This document shows positions 48,801 to 61,875 of a stretch of 64,000 nt of DNA, piece after piece. Source of the stretch: Rhynchobatus australiae (Eukaryota). Made by a program: the position numbers and the translations under genes. Where the stretch lies: the NCBI GenBank assembly GCA_034780895.1, contig JAUZTB010000107.1, forward strand, positions 92,928,510 through 92,992,509, written 5' to 3'. The notes beneath the pieces are model-generated. The model ran no database searches. It saw only the letters and a program-made list of their open reading frames with translations, and had not been told where the DNA came from. The stretch's first letter is position 1; the number at the start of each line of letters is the position of its first letter.

Positions 48801-50309
48801 TGAATACTAATGTAAAATGCACGGCCAGCAAATAAACTTTGTTTCTGATTACTATTTGGAAACAAAAATTGAGAGGGGTTGTAATGGTTGATGGTTGCAT
48901 AATTTGCACTATTGCTCAAAGTCATTGCTCTTCCTTAGTCTCTGTGCCTAATAAAATGTTGTTCCAGTTTTAACTGTAGCTGTGGGTTGGCGTTCCTTTT
49001 CATGTTGATGAATTCAAGAGTAGGATATTCATTGGTAATAGAATTTCATAATGCTTTCCACACAATATGTAAAGGTACACACAGTGATAAGATCAATATC
49101 ACAATGTCAACACATTAGCAGTTGCAGCTCTTGCTATTAATATGTGAATTTTAAAAAAGCATTGCAAAGTTTAAACTGCAAAACATATAATGTGTCATTT
49201 ATTTCCAACAAAGCAGTATTAAACGAAATATTAGAGAGTCTTTAAACCCACTTCATTTGAACGGTTCCACAGCTCTTTTCCTGCACAGTATGCCATTTCC
49301 AAGACAATGGATTCTCTATTTTGGCCCACAAAAATATACTAGCCATATGATAGTATTGGACACAAATCAAAATACTGGCCACTTAGCTTGCTGGCTGAAT
49401 GCAAGTGATGGAACATAAACAGGACTATGAGGAGATAAGAAAGCTGAAGGTTTTGGGAAGGAAAATAATGTACTGGAATGTATAGTTTAAATTGTCACAG
49501 TTAGATTTGTATTCTTATTTTCATCTTCAATACAACTACCATTTTATTCTGAAAAGCCATTAAAATAAATGGAAATATCATTGGAAAGTAGACTGATAAA
49601 TCAATACTGTGTAGGTGTAAAATTACTTCCATCGTGTACCAATAGATATTTGCGCACAAACCATCTTTCCAATGCTTGGATCCTTTGAAGTGATTTGGAT
49701 CTCTACAGCATACTTGACTGTTAATCCCACCTCATATAGTGATACGTTGTCCAGGTATGTCCCTGTTTATACAACTTTCAACAGCATTTATGGGGCTGAT
49801 GCTTTCCCCAGCTTTCAAAAGTCATGATTCGTTATCCTTTTGAACCCTATATTAATGATCAGCAGCAGATAAACTTATGTGAAAACCTTTAAACAAATTA
49901 GAGACTGTCCAAATGAGTTGTTTCTGGACATTTCAATATGGCTGAAAGATACAAGAGCAAGAGACTAAAGAGGCTGCGTCTCATTTGACAAGGAGATATA
50001 ATAGGGAATGAAAAGTCTACTGTCATTAAAAAAGGCAGGAATGAATGATTTAATTTCATTCCCTATTATAGAGAGATTTCCCAATTGTTTCACACTGTTC
50101 TGACTACTCTAATTCCATAATAAAGTATGATCATTATTAAAAGTTGGTGAAAGAAAATTCCATGTTTGCTTGTAACTTCAAACATGCAATTTGTTTCTGT
50201 ACGTGCATTGACAACAAGCCAGACATATCTCCATGGAATTGCCTGCCTAAATATCTCTGATTCTCTCTGTCATTAAAATGGAAAACTTTGAAGAGCCAAG
50301 CTACAGTGC

Positions 50310-50675
50310 TATGCCGTCAAGTGAGAAGGTCAGAGGATTCAAGCCTCACTTGAGATATTTTTGGCACATTTTGCATACTAACACTTCATTAAGGGATATA
50401 ATGTCTTTGGGCCTTCTCAGGTGTGCATAGATGATTACCACTCAATTTATTTGAAGAAAACCAGAGTTCTCCCAGTATCCTGGCTAATATTTATCCTTCA
50501 TCAAGCATTAACAACATTTTCCAATCATGCCACTGATTACAGTTTGTGGAGCATTGCTGTCTGAAAAATCGCTTGCTGCTTTTTTCTTGATTGCATCAAG
50601 TACTTTATTTGCAGTCCTACACTTCAGAGGGTTCTGAGGTCATGAAAAGCTATGACATAAATGCAAGTCCTTTCA
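50310..50675 (+). mobile_element. DeuSINE-like copy
   Basis: gagttctcccagtatcctggctaatatttatccttca…tttgtgggagcattgctgt…ataaatgcaagtc. Confidence 0.65.
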
Positions 50676-51097
50676 TTTTCCATAACCATTTCTGCTCTTA
50701 TAGCCATGATGCTGGACCTTTCTGTAAATCTGTCAGCTACTTCATTATCTGTACAATTTGTTCAATCCATAACGAAGATATCAGGGACAGGCTTCACAGC
50801 CTAGTCAAGCCAAAATATGAGTCATTGGGTGCTTATTACAAGCAAGACAAAATCAACAGCAGGAAGTAAATTCAAAACACACAACATCACATTTTAAGAG
50901 ATTTTTAAATATATATTTTCATCACCTGTAATGTTTAAGCATTTCAAAGTTACATCAGTAATTACTTAACGTGTGCATAAATGTTTACAGAAAAGGCACA
51001 ACAGGGCAAACAGTATCTGTGGAGAAAGAAACAAAGTTGTAGCCCAATGGCCTTTCAGCAGAAGAGTGATCAGAAAGGAAAACAAACTAAAATCTCT

Positions 51098-51101
<4 letters not shown>

Positions 51102-51169
<68 letters not shown>
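51102..51169. repeat. (TC)n microsatellite abutting a PLE fragment (~51170-51260)
   Basis: Direct reading. Confidence 0.95.
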
Positions 51170-51173
<4 letters not shown>

Positions 51174-54100
51174 CATAAATGTTGCTGGAGCAGCTGAATA
51201 TTTGCTGCATTCTCTGTTTTCACTTCAGATTTTTAGCATCTGCTCTGTTTTGGTTTTGGATTTCTTTTAACCTATTTTCATTTTCAAGAAAATTAAAAAG
51301 TGAAAATTAATTTTATGGCTCAAACCAAAGGATAAAATATCAGTTTCAATGTGGCATGCCCTACTACCAGTGAACAGAAAAGGGAAAAAAAAAGTTTGGG
51401 AAGGTCCATTCATGCCCTCAATCCCTGGTCTTGTTATCCAAATCTGTGGGGTCAAGGGAAAAGATGATAATTGAAGAGCCACTGGCAAACTTGGGCTCCT
51501 CTCTGATTCCTCTCCATTGTCTAAATGAGAGGAACCCAAAATGCCACATTTGCCAAGCTAGCAATGGTGCCACTCTCTCGATTCAGAGTAAAGATGAAAC
51601 AGTTGCAATGTAGCTGTATCATGGGCCACATGCAGTCCATGCTAACATTTTGGAAGGTGTGACTCTGATACCAGCCTTGCCCTCAGGTAGTCTGTAAATG
51701 TGCCCATGTTGGCAAGGAATACACCCAGGCAAACCTAAGTCTGGCTCCCAGATGCAAAGTTTGCAGTTTAGGAAATGCTCACCCCCTGCTGTTGATGTGT
51801 TTGTAAATACTCTCCACCAAACCATCCTGGCCACCTTACATCAAAGTTTGCCTCCAGTGCTGGAATGCACTGGAAAAATTTGCAGCCATTCCATTGTATT
51901 CCTGCCAAGGTTTGTCTGAGAATTCACTGGGATGTGTGGACCAAAAACTAAAGACTGTTGCTTGTAGTCTGAGCACATGCAGTTCCTTGTAGGTAAATCA
52001 AGATTATCTCTGCTGGTGTTCAGACAATTTCTGCTGCACTGTACACTTCACATCTGGATGAATGAACTTTGGCTTTTATAATTGTTAAGTGGGTCATTAA
52101 CTCTTTAAAGAGCATTAAAGGGTCATTATTTATGGCGCATCATCATTGGCTGCTATCTTTCCATTACTGCTAATGAAACCCACTTCCTTGGGACATCCAC
52201 GTTTCAATATGTGCATTCCACTGTTTCATTAATATTGGACATGACATCTTCATTTCTCACTTCTTAAGAAAAATAAGTACCTGCTTACTGAACTATTTTG
52301 CTTTCTTAAAGAGGAAAGANNNNNNNNNNNNNNNNTCAGGAGCTTTACCTCATTGCTTAATATGTGCTATGAAAATTTGCTGAATCTTCATTTCCAAAGA
52401 CAAATAATTTGAGTCAAGGGTTAATTAGTTCAAGTGGAGTAGAAACACCGGCAGAGATTGGTTGGGCCAAATGGCCTGCTTTTATGTTGCATATTTTATG
52501 TGATTCTATGCTAGAATACCCTGCATATCCTGCACATATTGCAACAATGCATGTATTAATCAGGTAATAGCCTGTCTCAAGAGAAAGTTAGACTTTCACT
52601 TAGCTCTGTAGCAATGCATTAATTCAATCTGTGGCCCTCTACATTACATGTGGTTACCTTATACAAACTAGTATAAGTAATAAGTACTTCATTTTCTGAT
52701 TATAGTTACAACTTATGATGAAACACATTTCAATTTTCCCTACATTTCTGAATCCCCCATATAGTGATTTAAAAATGAACAATATATTTGTTCACTAACA
52801 TGTTGGTACAGAAAAATAATCTTTACAACAGTCTTGCAAATCACAGAGCCATTTATTTGCATTCTGGCTGTATTGAAAATTTATCCATTGGATGTCATAT
52901 GACTGACACTCAGGTCAGTCAGCAGAATCTGCTTGAAATAAAGCAAACCAACTGAAGCTCCATAGGTTACATTCCAATATCCAACCACTCAATTACTTCC
53001 TCACAAACCCATGTAAAGTTTACAATAGAAATATTGGCCGAGCTTTTGTGGTGGTAATGACAATGAAAACATAGGCATCACCACCATTACTCTGAGACTG
53101 GCAGGAACTTGGGGATTTCTACACTCGTAGGTTAGCACAGAAATCCCAAAGTTGGTTTCAGCAATTCAGCCGTCCTTCATCGGTTGTGTTGTTTGCATTC
53201 TTGTCCAATCAAATGATGTGAATCACTTGAATTGGCATGAATGTAAGCTATCTCCAAACTAGTGTTGTTGAAATACCCTGAACGTCTTATACTTGTTTGC
53301 ATGAGATTTTAATATAATACAAAGCCATAATTACTGCTTACTGAATTCCTTGGTCCTATATATTGCAACTGTCTCATATGTGGTCCAAAATATAATAGAA
53401 ATATTATTTTAGGAAGTTTTTAATGAGATTTCAGCATCTACATCATATTTGTTTTCCAATATTTGTTTAGCATTGTGTAGAACTGCTTAGACAAAATGTC
53501 GAGCTCACCTTAGGCCTAAAAATAGGAAAGCTGACCACTCATCCTGTTTATTTTGAGTGAAGTGACCCAAAATTGAGCCAATCTTGACTTAAATCCATTC
53601 TTGTATTTAAATAATAATTTTACTCTTATTTAATTAGACTACTTTACACTAGTTTAAAAGACTATCAGAATATTTATCTTCACCACAAACTGACACAGAC
53701 GTATTCCTGTAGAACTGAGGCAAATTTTCAGTCTCCCACTCCCTGTTCCAAGACATCAGTCTAAGAGAAGGGAAATCACCCACAGTGATCCACGAGGTAC
53801 TGGTTACCTGTCCACTGCATGAATAGTGCTAGCTGTCACTTCTCTATATTGCCACTTGTAGACACTAAACTCTAAAATATCTGGATCACCATAGTCTGAT
53901 TTCAGTACTGACACGTTATAAAGTATAAAACTTTTATGCTAAAAATCTGTAGTCGTAAACATGCCACGATATCTGGTCCAATTAATCCATTATTGAATAT
54001 ATGCAAAAATAATTATATTTTAGAAGCTGAGCTGACATCCTGTATTACATTGACTGCCTTAGATCAGAATCTATATTATCATTGCACTTCACTCTTACTC

Positions 54101-54437
54101 TCCAATGACTGAATACAGGTGACTGCCCGTTATGAAAGAATGGGATCTTTGGATGCTGCACTGCAATATCTTTGTTTTTTTTATTTATTAAGAAGTTCCT
54201 ATTTATCACAAGACTGGGGTTGCATTTTATTTCAATCTGCTAAATGAAACTTTTCCAATGGCATCCTTGACTATTATCACTCCATCTATTTCAGGTATTG
54301 GGTTACAGAGTCAACTACATAAAGTCAATAGTTCCAAAATTCCACACCAAGCCTGTCACCTTTATCCTCATACAGACTCTTCTTAGCTCTCACCCACAGA
54401 CACACAGCAATAGTATGATTAATAATATGATAATCCG

Positions 54438-54564
54438 AAAACAGCTGCAGATGCTGGAAATCTGAAATAAAAACAGAAAATGTTGGAAATACTCAGCAGA
54501 TCAGGATTCATCTGTGGGAAGAGAAATATAGTTAATGTTTGCGGGTGAAGACCCTTCATCAGAA
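54438..54564 (-). mobile_element. PLE terminal fragment with hammerhead motif (1-nt insertion in GAAA)
   Basis: Minus strand: ttCTGATGAagggtcttcacccGcAAACattaact. Confidence 0.75.
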
Positions 54565-54774
54565 AAGACAATGTTTTTTCCAAAGACTGAGCATAGCTCA
54601 GATATAAAAGCCCTGCACAACAAGGATTGTTCTAAATGAACTCACTTGACTAATTGGCTTGGCTAATAATTTGTGTACCATAATCAACCATTTGGAGATC
54701 TCCTTCCAAGAACTGTGTGCATAGTCTAAGGAGGCACCTGGTTCTTCACTGGATACAAATGTATGATGAGCTAA

Positions 54775-54970
54775 GGTGTTTGGATGAGAGGTTAAATCCA
54801 TGGCTGTTTTTTTCGCGTGGACGTAAAAATTCCCATGGCACTGCTTGGAGGGTGAACAGAGAGTTATCTCCAGTGTCTTGACCAATATCCACCCCTTATA
54901 ATCAACGTCTCTGAAAAATTAGTGCTCCATTTGGTCGCTGCCTTTCCTGCATTCCAGCAGTGACTATACT
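54775..54970 (+). mobile_element. DeuSINE-like internal fragment
   Basis: gtggacgtaaaaattcccatggcact…ccagtgtcttgaccaatat…cagtgactatact. Confidence 0.6.
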
Positions 54971-57850
54971 GCATGGGGGCGTCTGGGGGCGGCTATAGCA
55001 AGCTAAGGATTCATGTAGCTAGATGGAGGTCTCTTCTTTATTGGTTGGCTTCGGGTTGTCTTTGCATAAAACAGAAAAATAACGGCAGATGGGTGGAGGA
55101 AACCATCAAACCCCGATCCACCAATAACTTCCGTCGACGGACTATCACTTTATTCTGATTTTCAAGAACCGAATTTTTTTTTCAGGCTTCCCAGTCAGTT
55201 GAATTTTGTTTTAAGTTGAAATATCAACCCTACTCTCTGCTGAACTGCTGTAATTTCTTGGTCAGAGGTTAGGAGAAGCAATGATGGATGTATATTAAAA
55301 AAATAAACACACATGTAGTGGGCGCACTATCAGAGTATTGACCCATTTATGTTTAACGTCGTTCGCGTTTCTTCGAAGGCCACTATCTGGTAAATGGGTT
55401 ATTTTCGCCATCATTCAGAGGGCCCGCGTTACTTTCACCTTACGCGGTTTATTGTTTAACAAGAATCATATTGCAAGGAAAACAAATTACCGCTAAATTA
55501 CAGTACAATGCCAAAATGAACCGATGCGACCCAAAAACTGGTAAATTTGGTGAAACCTCGCATATGGTAAAAACTTAATTGTTACTGTTTTTCATCTTTA
55601 GTAAACCGCATTTGCTAACACGTTGGGAGTTCCATTGTAAGGCTTAGGGGAAAAAAAAGTATGCCTTCTGAGATTTTCTTCGGATAAGAATGAGAAATAA
55701 GGAATGTGGTACATGGTAACCGCAGGAACCGGACCTTATTCACACCTTTCACCCCAAGCGCACATGTGATCAGTGAGATGGGGGGTGTCCGACTTTGCAA
55801 ACTTTAACTGTAGCGGGGGCTTGATGGTTAATGTTTTAGTTGCGCGCCTGGAGTTGCCTTTGATGGTGGAAGGTGATTCTAATGATGTAAAGGCAGGTTT
55901 ATAATGGCCCGGGTATGGTGCGCTTTCAGAGCCATGTAGACCAGGGATCTGTGAGGCACCTCTCTCCCTGAGGGTCACATCGCCGCGGTGATTTACACTC
56001 AACTCACTTGTTTTAGTTTCGAGTTACCAAATTATGATTGGTTATCATATCACAAGCCTGCACTCATAAGGGTCCATATTGTGTTCATGTTCCGCAGCGC
56101 CCCCAACCCCCTACCAACCTTGCCTGAAGGTGTACAGCTGTACAATATGCCCGCTGCTGTGATGTATAGCTGCGAGGGTCGCCGCCTTTGAGGTCATCAT
56201 AATGAGATGCTGTGGCTTCTAAAGGAGGTGAAATAATTTTAAACACAGACACACAATGAGTTTATTTATTTAGAAAGCAGTTAAAAGTAGTCTGGGGATT
56301 GGAATATTCAGTGTTGACATTGTACAGAACTGGCTTCACGCCAGGGTAAGTCTCAAGGGGGGGGGGGGGGAACAGTGGACCAGGCATTCAGACCCTTGTC
56401 CTTCNNNNNNNNNNNNNAATAAGAACCATTAACGGGAGGGGGATTTCGGATGAATCGCGATGGTTCTTTGCACCATCGAACCGGACGATGAAGCCGGTTA
56501 GCAGTCGGTTTACCGGAGGGGAAACAAGTCATCCTCCATCCCGGGGGATTGTCTGGGAAGAAGTATTAGGTCGTGTTCTGACAGATGTGATCCAGTAAAC
56601 TGTAAACTGGAGCTGGACCGATTATTTAAAGTCGGGCTCGGAGATGGAGATACTTTTCATAACTTGTTTGAGACAATTTGGGTTTTTTTTCCCCCCTTTC
56701 TCTTTGTGTCGCACATTTTAGTTAGCGGTAGGTCAGGGGACAAACTCGCCACTCCATTCCCTTTCCAAAAACAAAGTTGAGCTTGATCTCAAAGAGTCTC
56801 TGCGGAGCTGCCAACACAATCCAAATCACCCGGTTTCACAACACCTCCAGAATCCTACTTAGGTTTAAATGTTCCCAAGTTTATCTCCGCTGTTCCTGCA
56901 ACCACGGTTTTAACTCTGAAGACTGTCTCCTTTAAATTACCTGTTTCCTCTGTCAGCTACCACATATCTGCATCATCCCCAATCCTTAAGATTGTGGAAG
57001 CATTGCTGTTGAGGAAGGATCTCAGTAATATCCCACTGTCTTTGTAGGTGATTTTTTTTTTAGCCTTCACGGCATTAAATGATATTTGCAAAGCACCGGC
57101 GTCCCTTCGCCAGATGCTGCAGATGTTAATGAAAAAATAGTAAAGTCCAAGTGCAGAATGTTTAAGGCCAAGGTGAAGTGACAACTTAACAGCCCTCTCT
57201 GTGTGGGAAAATAAGGTGGAAAGTTGAATTTGAAATCAACTCATCGCCTGGAGCACCCTGACTGAAAGTGACCTAACACTCAACAGTCAGAGGGAGATAA
57301 TGAGATATAAGCACGGGGAAAGAGTTATAAGAAAACCAGTCGGTCAGAGAAAAAAAACGAGAGAATCGAACGGACAAAAAAAATAGGCATGCATCTCCTT
57401 AAAAAAATGACAATTTCTCAAACTCGTCTTTAAGTTGGTGGATAAAAGAACGTGCGAACAGTTGGCAGATTATTCTAGGCATTCTTTTTCCATAACTTTA
57501 CCGTCAACCGAGTATTTCATTCTGAGGCTTCTTTTTTTGATTTGCTTTAAGAAGGGCTTACTAATTGTATGAAATCTTGCAGCCTGCTGATTGAGATCAA
57601 ATCTGTTGTTGTGTCTTCTATCCTCTGCACCTTTTTAACTCTGCAGAAATGACTCACTTTCCTTAACTCTATACTTTTCTGTATGTTTGCTTTCTTTTTC
57701 CCATGATGGATTTTTAGTAAATCTTGCCTTTTGAAGCTAAACTTATCAGCCTGCAATACATATATAATTTTTAATTATTCCTGTTTTTTGTTTGAATGTG
57801 GGTCAGTCTTTTTTAGCCTACAACCTTCTGGTACCTGTCCTTCAAGCTTA

Positions 57851-57998
57851 AAATAAAAGCAGAGAACTCTGGAAATACTCAGTAGGTCAGGCAGTATCTG
57901 CAGAGAGAGAAACAGAATTGACGTTTCGGGTCAATGACTTTTCATCAGCGTTCATTTAATGTTTTTATTTCAGATTTCCAACATTTTAGTGTTTTGCT
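57851..57998. mobile_element. PLE-derived fold-back insertion; hammerhead motif on the minus strand (57915-57953)
   Basis: Minus strand: CTGATGAaaagtcattgacccGAAACGTC. Confidence 0.75.
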
Positions 57999-59602
57999 TC
58001 TTAATCTCTTAAATCCAGATAATTTATAANNNNNNNNNNNNNNNNNNNNNNNNNNNNNNNNNNNNNNNNNNNNNNNNNNNNNNNNNNNNNNNNNNNNNNN
58101 NNNNNNNNNNNNNNNNNNNNNNNNNNNNNACCGATTTTTGCATTATTCGGCGTCTTTTTTAACCCCCCCCCCCCCCAACTCCCTGTTGAAATGCACAGTG
58201 CATCCTGAGCAAACCTTAGATTCAGAAGTTATGAGGAACTGAGGGAGAATTACCCAGAGAAAGGGCAGGCGCTAGTATCCCGTGTTAACCGCGACTCGGA
58301 GAGTTATATTCTGAAAAGTACAGACATAAAAGTGAAATCAGCTTGTGTGTTTATGCGTGCGTAGCAAACTCGGTAAAGACAAGTGAAAATCGCCAGTTGT
58401 GGAAAAACTTTAAACTGCTTTATGCTATTTAATCCGATGGTTCATATATGTTTTATAATGAATCACCGTGATATCACTGATTGCTTTCTCTGTTCTACAA
58501 CTGGGCTTGCAAATAGCATTCATTAAACCGAGAGGCTTTTCGGAAATACTTGCTTTAAAAAAAAATGAAATGCCTCGTTAAAAAAACAAGTTATATTGGC
58601 TGCAAAGACATTTAATCCCTACACCTCTGCCACCGTCACAATGTAGCAAGCGTCCTGTGCCGAAAACTTTCGCTGAAAGAAAAACACAACAGGGCTGATG
58701 CATAATTGAACTTCAGGCCTGCGACAAAATAAGCTATCAAACATCAACATAAAAATAGAGGCCATCTGATAACATGCGAGGACGGGGGGTAAAATAAAAT
58801 GCCGCAGAATAAAACGCGTAACAGACTGATACAGGTCTAGTGCTGAGTTCAAAGCGGATGAAGGCCGATAACGTATAGCTCGGACTGTGTGGGCGTTGTG
58901 TGGGGANNNNNNNNNNNNNNNNNNNNNNNNNNNNNNNNNNNNNNNNNNNNNNNNNNNNNNNNNNNNNNNNNNNNNNNNNNNNNNNNNNNNNNNNNNNNNN
59001 NNNNNNNNNNNNNNNNNNNNNNNNNNNNNNNNNNNNNNNNNNNNNNNNNNNNNNNNNNNNNNNNNNNNNNNNNNNNNNNNNNNNNNNNNNNNNNNNNNNN
59101 NNNNNNNNNNNNNNNNNNNNNNNNNNNNNNNNNNNNNNNNNNNNNNNNNNNNNNNNNNNNNNNNNNNNNNNNNNNNNNNNNNNNNNNNNNNNNNNNNNNN
59201 NNNNNNNNNNNNNNNNNNNNNNNNNNNNNNNNNNNNNNNNNNNNNNNNNNNNNNNNNNNNNNNNNNNNNNNNNNNNNNNNNNNNNNNNNNNNNNNNNNNN
59301 NNNNNNNNNNNNNNNNNNNNNNNNNNNNNNNNNNNNNNNNNNNNNNNNNNNNNNNNNNNNNNNNNNNNNNNNNNNNNNNNNNNNNNNNNNNNNNNNNNNN
59401 NNNNNNNNNNNNNNNNNNNNNNNNNNNNNNNNNNNNNNNNNNNNNNNNNNNNNNNNNNNNNNNNNNNNNNNNNNNNNNNNNNNNNNNNNNNNNNNNNNNN
59501 NNNNNNNNNNNNNNNNNNNNNNNNNNNNNNNNCCCCCCCCCCCCACACAGACACACATACAGTTGTCTCATCAGTGATGGAAAGACAATAACTAATGTCT
59601 GC

Positions 59603-59605
<3 letters not shown>

Positions 59606-59647
<42 letters not shown>
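59606..59647. repeat. (TG)n microsatellite
   Basis: Direct reading. Confidence 0.95.
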
Positions 59648-59649
<2 letters not shown>

Positions 59650-61249
59650 GTTGCTAAACAATTACTCAATGTCGCCGACACGATGATCCATTTCTGAATC
59701 CTGAATGATCTTCAGTAATGGATTGTGAGATAATGTGTACGTTTATATATGAAGTCTGCCGTTACAATGGGAGACTCAAAACATTCTGTCACTTTCCCTG
59801 ATTTGCTAAGAATTCACCAATCATAATTAGAAAAGTAGGAACAAACTTCTATTTTTTAATGATTTGGTCTCAGTTACATGGATGACCAATTCTCACACAG
59901 TTTATTCAAAAGAGTGAAATTCTAAAATAATGACACGCTAAAGGTGACGACCGACAACTGCAGGCAACAGTCGCAATAATATTAACTGAAATGATAAAGG
60001 TCTTTTTAAATAGCTGGATAAGGGGGAGCTGTGTATGAAAGGCGCGAAGACAGACGAAAATGCTGGCGGGTGGAAGAAGAAAACACTGAGAAAGAAAAGA
60101 GCCTGGATCCTTCACAGTACTTAAAGTATCACAAACAAAAGTCATTATTAAATCACTTACAGTGCGAAGTTCTGTATAACAGGAGGTAGTAAATTATTAA
60201 TGTAGCCATTGCGATTGCTACTTTCGGTTATTAGTTTACTGGGAAGTAGAATTGTTGCCTTTTAGTGGGTCAGTAGGTGGAAAAGATAGGTTCTTGTGGG
60301 TTTCGCAATCATGTAGCAACTCATTCGTGTAATAATTAGACAAAATCTGGGCTTTATAGTCACTCGGATGGGTTTTATTGGGTATATATATATATTTCAG
60401 TAGCTAACTTCCTCAGGTTCTGATGTTGTTGGACCACATTATTACTATGTTTACACCCTTCGTGTTACTGTCACCAAATAAATACCTCCCACTCATCCCC
60501 GAAAATGATAGCGATTGTACAACCAGTGTGTCTCTATCTGAGCCGGAAACACAAATTACAGTTTTATTGGTGTAAAGTCTAAATGTGAAGCGGTGATGAA
60601 GTTGGCTTTTATTTGCAAGGGGAAAGTCTCGCGGAGAGATACAGCTCTCAATCAATCAAATCTTTTTGAGTTTCCCTCCAGCCAGTTTTGAGCTCTACCT
60701 CAAACTTTGGATGGTTTACTTATAAAAGAAACATTTTAATGAAAGAGACTAATTGCCTCTCTGTAAAATTTAAAGCATAAACGTGTATCATTGAGAGTAT
60801 GACTTGAAACGAGCGAGGACATAGAAGGGTCAGGTGGATCACTGATACCATCCGTTCAGTCTTTACCGACCAATAACGCCAAGAGCCACAGCGAAAAAGC
60901 AAAAGGTCAGGGCACGATATCATGGCGGATTTGTGGCGGGAGGCGATGGGAAGGCATAGGTCCGGTTTCAGTACGTGAGGATAAACGCAGAGAAAGGGAG
61001 AGAAGGAGAAGGACGGGCGTTACAAGTTGTCGCCGTCCGGTTCTGCTCGGGAGCAGGCTGCCCGGATGACAGACGGCCGAAGCTCTACCTGACATATTCA
61101 CCTGCTTTTCACGTTACAAGCCCCAGTTCTGCTCCAGACCTGATCTGAAGTTTGGGAAGGTGCTTCGCAGATGGGCAACAGCGCCACTGTTTGCAACTAA
61201 AGAAATACAACACCGCACACCAAGAGAGACTCAGCTTTTCAAAGTTCCA

Positions 61250-61253
<4 letters not shown>

Positions 61254-61293
<40 letters not shown>

Positions 61294-61308
61294 CGCTCGC
61301 TCGCTCGC
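61254..61308. repeat. Compound (CT)n-(GCTC)n microsatellite
   Basis: Direct reading. Confidence 0.95.
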
Positions 61309-61632
61309 CCGCTCTCAGCGTGCCTCGCCTTTAACTTTGCAGAAACTCCAGTGGCAGAATCGGACCAACATTCACCCACCCACTCCCCCTCCACCACCAC
61401 CACCACCCCTTTAGCGTCGCCCGGCGAGAGCCGGTTGCCAGGAAGCGAGCAAGCCCTCGGCTGCTGGTGTTGTATNNNNNNNNNNNNNNNNNNNNNNNNN
61501 NNNNNNNNNNNNNNNNNNNNNNNNNNNNNNNNNNNNNNNNNNNNNNNNNNNNNNNNNNNNNNNNNNNNNNNNNNNGGTTGCCAGGAAGCGAGCAAGCCCT
61601 CGGATGCTGGTGTTGTATCCAAAAGGGGCAAA

Positions 61633-61636
<4 letters not shown>

Positions 61637-61684
<48 letters not shown>
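61637..61684. repeat. (GA)n microsatellite
   Basis: Direct reading. Confidence 0.95.
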
Positions 61685-61689
<5 letters not shown>

Positions 61690-61875
61690 CAATCCCATTC
61701 CGGTAGCTGACTCGAGATGAGATTCAACAGTCTGTGTTCAGCGTTGGGACGGAGGGAAAAGGAGCGATCGGTTGAAGCAGTTTTGTGACTGGGACCCCGA
61801 CACGGACCAAACACATAAAGTAATACAAAATGGCAGAAAAGGGAAAGTGACAGAGAAATGGGATGTTGCACCTAC

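Larger units (their letters stand above)
1..61875 (-). other. MECOM: MECOM intron 1 (partial, continues beyond the left edge)
   Basis: Starts at the GT donor at 61875. No ORF resembling MECOM exon 2 (…KAPIYIPDDIPIP…PR/SET start) on the minus strand in the ORF track. It could only hide in an N gap or lack a start codon. Confidence 0.8.

Noticed and set aside
50966-51223. ORFs with ER/SL/TH dipeptide runs (also 59577-59686 and 61152-61871)
   Set aside because: Translations of microsatellites.
58619-59686. Long ORFs of 225-311 aa (likewise 934-1617 and 19417-20021)
   Set aside because: Length is due to N runs translated as X.
61433-61618. 43-bp direct repeat on either side of a 100-N gap
   Set aside because: Copies abut the gap and differ by one base; most likely unmerged contig or haplotype overlap, not a real duplication.
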